From IMG/VR virus record IMGVR_UViG_3300025892_000007: a DNA stretch of 5,022 nt. One strand, given 5' to 3'. This DNA is from a virus. Shown here in pieces: positions 1-4,886 of this stretch. A program made the translations under genes and the position numbers. Every line of letters begins with the position of its first letter. Positions within the stretch are counted from its first letter, which is position 1. The notes beneath the pieces were generated by a model that ran no database searches, was not told the origin of the DNA, and worked only from the letters and a program-made list of their open reading frames with translations.

Positions 1-127
1 CACTTCAAAGAAGGAACACCCTATACAGGATTAAAAGCAGTGACATACCAAGGCATGTTCATATGCGCAGAAATATTCAATAAACATCAATTCCCATTAG
101 TCATCACGTCAACATCAGACGGTCAAC
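1..127. repeat. Terminal redundancy, copy 1 (identical to 4896-5022); overlap of a linearised circular genome
   Basis: Bases 1-127 match 4896-5022 base for base, compared by eye over the full length. The period is 4,895 nt. The reading frame of the peptidase gene runs straight through the junction. Confidence 0.97.
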
Positions 128-306
128 ATATGGAAAACTCATTCCACTACACAGGAGAAGCATTCGACATAAGAACACGACGCATGACAGTAGTAGAAAA
201 AACAAACCTATTTAACAAAATTAAAAAAGCATTAACAGACTACAGCAAATGCTTCCAAGTAATAATGGAAGAAAATCACATACACGTTGAATACGACTGG
301 AGATAA
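1..306 (+). CDS. Peptidase M15-family zinc cell-wall hydrolase (putative endolysin). The gene wraps the circular junction: ATG at 4887, stop 304-306, 104 aa in total
   Basis: Frame 1 is open from base 1. In the duplicated copy the same frame reaches its first ATG at 4887 (MDIHFKEGTPYTGLKAV...). The product carries SFHYTGEAFDI (S-x-H-x-x-G-x-A-x-D; His codon 145-147, Asp codon 166-168) and HIHVE (His codon 283-285). This is the His/Asp/His zinc-ligand layout of M15 peptidases; from memory, phage T5 endolysin has SKHITGDAIDF ... GGHVEL. The track ORF 40-306 starts at an internal GTG. Codon usage (A/C-ending) matches the rest of the genome. Confidence 0.85.
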   Translation, partial: HFKEGTPYTGLKAVTYQGMFICAEIFNKHQFPLVITSTSDGQHMENSFHYTGEAFDIRTRRMTVVEKTNLFNKIKKALTDYSKCFQVIMEENHIHVEYDWR

Positions 307-308
307 AA

Positions 309-419
309 ATGAAACGCTACCCAACAAAAAACTCAAAACAGAAATTCCGCAACACTGCGGGATTACAACACAAATCAAACACATTACAACCAATCGCCAG
401 AGGCGGAACAAGGTTGTAA
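309..419 (+). CDS. Small highly basic protein, 36 aa; J / ORF8-like putative DNA-binding (packaging) protein
   Basis: Hand translation of ATG 309 to TAA 417-419 gives MKRYPTKNSKQKFRNTAGLQHKSNTLQPIARGGTRL. It has 9 K/R and no D/E. GGAG at 299-302 lies 6 nt upstream of the ATG. The ORF fills the gap between the peptidase stop (306) and the VP4 start (423). Its size, charge, position upstream of VP4 and RGGxRL-type C-terminus resemble gokushovirus ORF8 and phiX174 J proteins, as far as I recall them. It is too short for the supplied ORF track. Confidence 0.6.
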   Translation: MKRYPTKNSKQKFRNTAGLQHKSNTLQPIARGGTRL

Positions 420-422
420 TGA

Positions 423-1406
423 ATGCCATGCTATACGCCCCTAGACGCCTTCGAGGTAATCGGCAAGCACAACCAAAAAGCGAATGGCAAAAAAACTATC
501 TTATTCACGCGACCGCAACAAACGACATACAAGGAAGTCACTATACCATGCGGTCAATGCATAGGATGCAAACTAACCCGCTCAGTAACGTGGGCATCAC
601 GTTGCATGCACGAGGCTAAACAACATGACCAAAACTGCTTCATTACCCTTACTTACGACGACTCAAATCTGCCACAAGACCACAGCTTACGGAAAGACCA
701 TTTCCAAAAATTCCTTAAACGATTTAGAAAAGCAATACACCCGCACAAAATCAGGTACTTTATGTGCGGCGAATACGGTGACGATAGTTGGCGGCCTCAT
801 TATCACGCTATTATATTCGGCTATGACTTTAGCAACTCAGTCATATACAACAAAGAACACTGCGGACGCAGACAACAAGTACAATCATCAGAAGTCGGTA
901 ATCCCTACTACATCTCTCCACTACTTGCCAAACTCTGGCCCGACGGATTCCATCTTATCGCAGAATGCACATGGGAAACCGCAGCATACGTCGCACGCTA
1001 CTGCACTAAAAAAATCACAGGAGACCAAGCAGAAGAACACTACACAAGAACAATACTCGACTGGAACGAATTCACAGGAGAAATATTCGAATTCCAAGAA
1101 ACAGAACTACTGCCAGAATACGGAACCATGTCAACTCGTCCAGGCATCGGACACGAATGGTTCAAAAAATATAAAACAGACTGCTATCCATCCAACTACC
1201 TTATCCAAGACGGACGTAAAACACCTATACCTAAGTACTACGACAAACTACTCGAAAAAGAAAACGAAATTGAATTTAAAGCAATCAAAATCGCAAGAGA
1301 ACTCGCACTACTCGCACATAAACAAGACTTAACACCAGAACGACTAAAACAACGACATATAACAAAACTGGCACAAGCCAATCAACTAAAGAGGAATAAA
1401 ATCTAA
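423..1406 (+). CDS. VP4: Replication initiation protein VP4 (HUH rolling-circle endonuclease, phiX174 protein A analogue)
   Basis: 327 aa. N-terminus MPCYTPLDAF and the CGQCIGC cysteine cluster are typical of gokushovirus VP4. The HUH motif is HYHAIIF (His-Tyr-His codons 798-806). The two-tyrosine motif YVARYCTKK has Tyr codons at 987-989 and 999-1001, with Y-x-x-x-Y spacing as in phiX174 A. Confidence 0.95.
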   Translation: MPCYTPLDAFEVIGKHNQKANGKKTILFTRPQQTTYKEVTIPCGQCIGCKLTRSVTWASRCMHEAKQHDQNCFITLTYDDSNLPQDHSLRKDHFQKFLKRFRKAIHPHKIRYFMCGEYGDDSWRPHYHAIIFGYDFSNSVIYNKEHCGRRQQVQSSEVGNPYYISPLLAKLWPDGFHLIAECTWETAAYVARYCTKKITGDQAEEHYTRTILDWNEFTGEIFEFQETELLPEYGTMSTRPGIGHEWFKKYKTDCYPSNYLIQDGRKTPIPKYYDKLLEKENEIEFKAIKIARELALLAHKQDLTPERLKQRHITKLAQANQLKRNKI

Positions 1407-1657
1407 TGGAAAACAACCTATATACCGTTTATGACAAAAAAGCAGAAGTCTACTCACAACCTTTCACAGCAATTAATGACGAAGTAGCACAACGCATCAT
1501 GCAGAACTGCGTAAACAATCCAGAGCATAATTACGGCTTAAATCCAGAAGATTACCAACTAGTAAGAACAGGAAAATTCGACGACTCAGAAGGCATACTA
1601 ATACCAGACGAAAAACCAATCTTAGACCTAATCACTCTAAAAAAGGAGCCTAAATAA
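1406..1657 (+). CDS. VP5: VP5-like small non-structural protein (83 aa)
   Basis: AAAGAGGA lies at 1388-1395. The start overlaps the VP4 stop as TAATG (1404-1408). The size and the position between VP4 and VP1 match gokushovirus ORF5/VP5. The assignment rests on synteny and size more than on a motif I can name. Confidence 0.65.
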   Translation: MENNLYTVYDKKAEVYSQPFTAINDEVAQRIMQNCVNNPEHNYGLNPEDYQLVRTGKFDDSEGILIPDEKPILDLITLKKEPK

Positions 1658-3243
1658 TGCAATCCAACATGGTCAATCGCTTCATTCAAACACCCGAAGC
1701 AAACACGCCTCGCTCAACCTTCGACATGTCACATGGTCATAAAACAACTATCGACATCGACTATCTATATCCAATCTATGTAGAAGAAGCACTACCCGGT
1801 GACACACTCAACGTCAACATGACAGGATTCGCACGACTAGCAACACCAATATTTCCAATCATGGATAACATGACAATGCAAACATTCTTCTTTGAAGTAC
1901 CAACTCGCATTGTATGGGACAACTTCAGAAAATTCATGGGAGAACGCTATCCAGACCCAGACTCATCAATCGATTACACAGTTCCAACTGCAGCAGCTAC
2001 AGCAACATCAAACTTAGTCGGTAAACTATCAGACTATATGGGTATCCCAATAGAAGTAGACGGACTCGTATACAACAACTTACATCACCGAGCATACAAC
2101 CTAATCTGGAACGAATGGTTCAGAGACCAAAACCTACAAGACTCAATTACAGTAGACACCGGAGATGGCCCAGACGCACCAGCAAACTACGTACTAAAAA
2201 AAGCAAACAAACGCCACGACTATTTCACGTCAGCCTTACCTTGGCCACAAAAAGGCGATTCAGTAGATTTACCACTAGGCACATCAGCACCACTAGCAAT
2301 GAATCCAGCAACAGGAGCAATATCAGGAACAAAAATATTTAATGCCGATGGTTCACAATATACACCCGGTGCCACAAATACTCTTGACGCTTCAACAGGC
2401 GGCTTAGTAATTAATAGCACAGGAGCGGTCAAATCATTAGATGTTTCGCCACATATGGTCGCAGACTTAACACAAGCAACAGCAGCAACAATCAACCAAT
2501 TAAGAGAAGCATTTCAAATACAAAAATTATTAGAGAGGGACGCTCGCGGTGGAACTCGATATACAGAAATTATTAGAAGTCATTTCAATGTCACAAGCCC
2601 TGATGGGAGAGCATGGCGACCCGTTTATCTTGGCGGCGGTAAGTCTAACGTTAATATCTCTCCTATCTCGCAAACTTCTTCAACAGATGCAACAAGTCCG
2701 CAAGGCAACCTCGCAGCAATGGGTACATCGGTTCTTAACAATCATGGCTTTACTAAGTCTTTCACTGAACACTCTATTGTTATCGGCCTTATCTGCGTAC
2801 GTGCTGACCTTACTTATCAGCAAGGCCTAAACAGAATGTTCTCAAGACAGACCAGATACGATTACTTCTGGCCTTCCCTATCAACTATCGGTGAACAATC
2901 AGTACTCAACAAAGAAATATACGCACAAAACGATGCAAACGACGACCTTGTATTCGGCTATCAAGAACGCTACGCAGAATACAGATATAAACCATCACTA
3001 ATCACCGGTAAAATGCGTTCAGACGTAGGCGCACACAACACCAGCTTAGACGCATGGCATTTATCAGAACAATTCGGCTCACTACCTGCTTTAAATGATA
3101 CATTCATACAATCAACAACACCTATCGATAGAGTAATAGCTGTAAACACAGAACCACATTTCATACTCGATACATTCTTCAACATCAAAGCAGCCAGACC
3201 TATGCCACTCTATGGCGTTCCCGGCATGTTGGACCACTTCTAA
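1657..3243 (+). CDS. VP1: Major capsid protein VP1 (phage F-protein fold)
   Basis: 528 aa. Conserved gokushovirus VP1 blocks are present: RSTFDMSHGHKTT, YPIYVEEALPGDT, ARGGTRYTEIIRSHF, YLGGG, PQGNLAAMG, EHSIVIGL..RADLTYQQG. AAGGAG lies at 1643-1648. The start overlaps the VP5 stop as TAATG (1655-1659). Confidence 0.97.
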   Translation: MQSNMVNRFIQTPEANTPRSTFDMSHGHKTTIDIDYLYPIYVEEALPGDTLNVNMTGFARLATPIFPIMDNMTMQTFFFEVPTRIVWDNFRKFMGERYPDPDSSIDYTVPTAAATATSNLVGKLSDYMGIPIEVDGLVYNNLHHRAYNLIWNEWFRDQNLQDSITVDTGDGPDAPANYVLKKANKRHDYFTSALPWPQKGDSVDLPLGTSAPLAMNPATGAISGTKIFNADGSQYTPGATNTLDASTGGLVINSTGAVKSLDVSPHMVADLTQATAATINQLREAFQIQKLLERDARGGTRYTEIIRSHFNVTSPDGRAWRPVYLGGGKSNVNISPISQTSSTDATSPQGNLAAMGTSVLNNHGFTKSFTEHSIVIGLICVRADLTYQQGLNRMFSRQTRYDYFWPSLSTIGEQSVLNKEIYAQNDANDDLVFGYQERYAEYRYKPSLITGKMRSDVGAHNTSLDAWHLSEQFGSLPALNDTFIQSTTPIDRVIAVNTEPHFILDTFFNIKAARPMPLYGVPGMLDHF

Positions 3244-4061
3244 TGAATAAATTAATCATATTCATAATCAACTTCCTAACGCCTACTTTCATAGGCTCAA
3301 TAATATCTGCAGGTGCCTCCTTAATTGGAGGCGCACTCGCTAATAAAGGTAGAGCAGACGCTGCAAACACAGCAGGACAATTCAATCAATCATCAGCAAG
3401 AGAAACATCAGAATTTAACGCTAAAGAGGCAAAAATAAATCGTAAATTCCAAAAAAACATGTCAAACACGGCACACCAAAGACAAGTTAAAGATTTACGC
3501 GCTGCCGGACTTAATCCCATACTATCCGCAAAATACGGAGGGGCATCATCACCAACAGGAAATGCAGCATCAGGCGTAGCAGCAACTATGCCAATGTATG
3601 ACCAACAAGATATATTCACACCAGCAGTAAACTCAGCATTAAATACTTATCAAACATCACAACAAGGAAAATCAATAGATACTCAAATACAAAAAATGTC
3701 TCAAGAGATTGAAGAATCGAAATCTCGTGCTAATCTTACAGACAGACAACGAGAGAGAATAGACTATGAAATTCCTGACCTTATCGCTAAAAGTTATAAT
3801 AGTACTGAGTCTGGCAATTTGGCTGCTCGCAATTCTGAACTTACCAGGCTAAACGCAAAAATAGCAGAACTATCACAACAAGAAAAAGACATCCTTGTAC
3901 AAAAGGCACAAATGGACTTAGAGATATTAAAACAACCAGGCACTGGTGAAATGTACAGAAAATTAACATTACTCAAAGGCGTAAACTTCTCATCAGCGGC
4001 AGCAGTCGCAACAGATGAAGCAGCACAATTCGTACAACAATTAATCCAAATGTTCAAATAA
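3243..4061 (+). CDS. VP2: Minor capsid / DNA pilot protein VP2
   Basis: 272 aa. It has a hydrophobic Gly-rich N-terminus (FIGSIISAGASLIGGALA) and the conserved block MSNTAHQRQVKDLRAAGLNPILS typical of gokushovirus VP2. The C-terminal half is charged and coiled-coil-like. The start overlaps the VP1 stop as TAATG (3241-3245). Confidence 0.9.
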   Translation: MNKLIIFIINFLTPTFIGSIISAGASLIGGALANKGRADAANTAGQFNQSSARETSEFNAKEAKINRKFQKNMSNTAHQRQVKDLRAAGLNPILSAKYGGASSPTGNAASGVAATMPMYDQQDIFTPAVNSALNTYQTSQQGKSIDTQIQKMSQEIEESKSRANLTDRQRERIDYEIPDLIAKSYNSTESGNLAARNSELTRLNAKIAELSQQEKDILVQKAQMDLEILKQPGTGEMYRKLTLLKGVNFSSAAAVATDEAAQFVQQLIQMFK

Positions 4062-4071
4062 GGAAACTATC

Positions 4072-4485
4072 ATGGAAAACCCATTCAGAACCGCATACGG
4101 CGAAAAACTAAAAATACAAACCAATAACAATCAACCATCAATGACCAAACAAAGTCTAAAAGACGATGCAGACGTCAATAAAATCATAAAACGCTACAAC
4201 AAAACCGGCGTACTACCAAATATGAATAAACTAGAATCAATCTACGGACAAATAACATCCCAAGACCTTCAAGATGCACTCAACAAGGTAGACTCATCAT
4301 ACGAAGCATTCTCAGAAGTACCATCAGACATAAGAGCACAATTCGGCAACGATGCAGGTGCCTTCATAGACTACGCCACTAATCCACAAAACATAGACCA
4401 AATGAGACAATGGAAACTCGCACCACCACCAATACCAGAGCCGATACAAGAGTCACCACCACCAGAGCCTACACCTACCATCTAA
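4072..4485 (+). CDS. VP3: Internal scaffolding protein VP3
   Basis: 137 aa. The block QSLKDDADVNKIIKRYNKTGVL resembles the conserved N-terminal motif of Chlamydia-phage-type scaffold proteins. The position directly after VP2 fits. AAGGAA lies at 4060-4065 upstream of ATG 4072. The C-terminus is a proline-rich tail. Confidence 0.85.
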   Translation: MENPFRTAYGEKLKIQTNNNQPSMTKQSLKDDADVNKIIKRYNKTGVLPNMNKLESIYGQITSQDLQDALNKVDSSYEAFSEVPSDIRAQFGNDAGAFIDYATNPQNIDQMRQWKLAPPPIPEPIQESPPPEPTPTI

Positions 4486-4491
4486 AATAAC

Positions 4492-4517
4492 AAAAAGCCC
4501 CTTTAAGGGGCTTTTTT
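4492..4517 (+). terminator. Rho-independent terminator after VP3
   Basis: The sequence is AAAAAGCCCCTTTAAGGGGCTTTTTT. The GC stem GCCCC (4497-4501) pairs with GGGGC (4507-4511) and is followed by T6 (4512-4517). The upstream A5 can pair with the T-tract. It begins 7 nt after the VP3 stop (4483-4485). Confidence 0.85.
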
Positions 4518-4560
4518 AATGGTACAACCAACCCTTCATCCCTGATAAACCAAACACCCA

Positions 4561-4589
4561 GAACAGTTACTTACTTGATGTAACTGTTC
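4561..4589 (+). promoter_or_regulatory. Perfect 10-bp stem, 9-nt loop hairpin; candidate replication origin / Rep nick site
   Basis: GAACAGTTAC (4561-4570) is the exact reverse complement of GTAACTGTTC (4580-4589). The loop is TTACTTGAT (4571-4579). The loop heptamer ACTTGAT (4573-4579) equals the core of the phiX174 origin CAACTTG/ATATTAATAAC, recalled from memory. It lies in the only long non-coding region. Confidence 0.45.
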
Positions 4590-4610
4590 CCAGTGACACC
4601 AAATCACTGG
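4590..4610 (+). promoter_or_regulatory. Second hairpin (7-bp stem, 7-nt loop) directly abutting the first
   Basis: CCAGTGA (4590-4596) is the exact reverse complement of TCACTGG (4604-4610). The loop is CACCAAA. There is no spacer between this and the preceding hairpin, so the two could stack coaxially in ssDNA. Function is unknown. Confidence 0.4.
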
Positions 4611-4728
4611 ACAAACAAAAAAAATAAGCTAAACTACAATTAAGAAACGTAAGTTATTGTAATTTAACAATTTATACATTATGCGCACTCAAGGCATAAA
4701 AACCTTATAAAACAAGAGGTTATATATT

Positions 4729-4884
4729 ATGAATTTATTCAAAGCAATATCCATAGGATTCACCGTTCTAAAATGGTACGAATCAGCATCAGAAGATGAC
4801 AAAATCACCGCTAAAGAAATTACAGAATTACTCGCTACTGTAGCTACATCAGATGCAATCAGCCACTTAACAATAGAATTATAA
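4729..4884 (+). CDS. Hypothetical small protein, 51 aa, immediately upstream of the M15 peptidase
   Basis: Hand translation gives MNLFKAISIGFTVLKWYESASEDDKITAKEITELLATVATSDAISHLTIEL. AAGAGG at 4714-4719 lies 9 nt upstream of ATG 4729. Stop TAA 4882-4884 is 2 nt before the peptidase ATG 4887. Codon usage (A/C-ending) matches the genome. It is on the same strand as all other genes. It is too short for the supplied track, which shows only an antisense ORF here. Confidence 0.5.
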   Translation: MNLFKAISIGFTVLKWYESASEDDKITAKEITELLATVATSDAISHLTIEL

Positions 4885-4886
4885 AA

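Noticed and set aside
1-127. 127-nt direct terminal repeat as a mobile-element LTR/DTR or biological terminal redundancy
   Set aside because: The repeat is exact and a gene reads seamlessly through the junction. The gene content is that of a circular ssDNA microvirus. Assembly overlap is the simplest explanation.
40-306. GTG 40 (track) or ATG 55 as the peptidase start
   Set aside because: The frame is open across the circular junction back to ATG 4887. That start adds 16 residues and is 2 nt downstream of the upstream ORF's stop. AGGA at 27-30 keeps GTG 40 possible, so this is a preference and not an exclusion.
344-363. Small hairpin ATTCCGCA-ACAC-TGCGGGAT inside the 36-aa ORF
   Set aside because: It has only a 5-bp GC core, or 8 bp with a G-T wobble. 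It lies within coding sequence, and nothing distinguishes it from chance.
232-429. Minus-strand ORF, 65 aa
   Set aside because: It is antisense to the peptidase 3' end and the basic ORF. Microviruses express only the virion-sense strand. The product is hydrophobic T-codon noise with no SD.
287-619. Plus-strand ORF, 110 aa, spanning the peptidase end, the 36-aa ORF and the VP4 start
   Set aside because: It is out of frame with three better-supported genes and has no SD before ATG 287. The product is low-complexity and basic. Openness of the frame is explained by the T-poor composition.
2115-2342. Plus-strand alternative-frame ORF inside VP1, 75 aa, very basic
   Set aside because: The product is a low-complexity R/K/S/T run, typical of reading A/C-rich capsid codons out of frame. 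There is no SD and no local codon-usage anomaly in VP1 to suggest a dual constraint.
2220-2495. Minus-strand ORF, 91 aa
   Set aside because: It is antisense to the VP1 variable loop. It is open only because that segment is locally G/T-richer. It is on the wrong strand for a microvirus.
2970-3619. Minus-strand ORFs 2970-3188, 3200-3385 and 3386-3619
   Set aside because: All three are antisense to VP1 and VP2, with no ribosome-binding sites seen and no recognisable motifs.
3794-4057. Minus-strand ORF, 87 aa, Cys-rich
   Set aside because: It is antisense to the VP2 C-terminal half. The Cys/Ser/Ala richness mirrors GCA/TCA/ACA codons on the + strand.
4640-4711. Sigma70-like promoter candidates in the AT-rich stretch upstream of the 51-aa ORF: TTAAGA 4640-4645 with TTTAAC 4663-4668; TTAACA 4664-4669 without a -10; TTTATA 4671-4676 with CATAAA 4695-4700; TATAAA 4706-4711 without a -35
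   Set aside because: No pair reaches a convincing match at 16-18 nt spacing. A promoter is plausible somewhere here, but I cannot place it from sequence alone.
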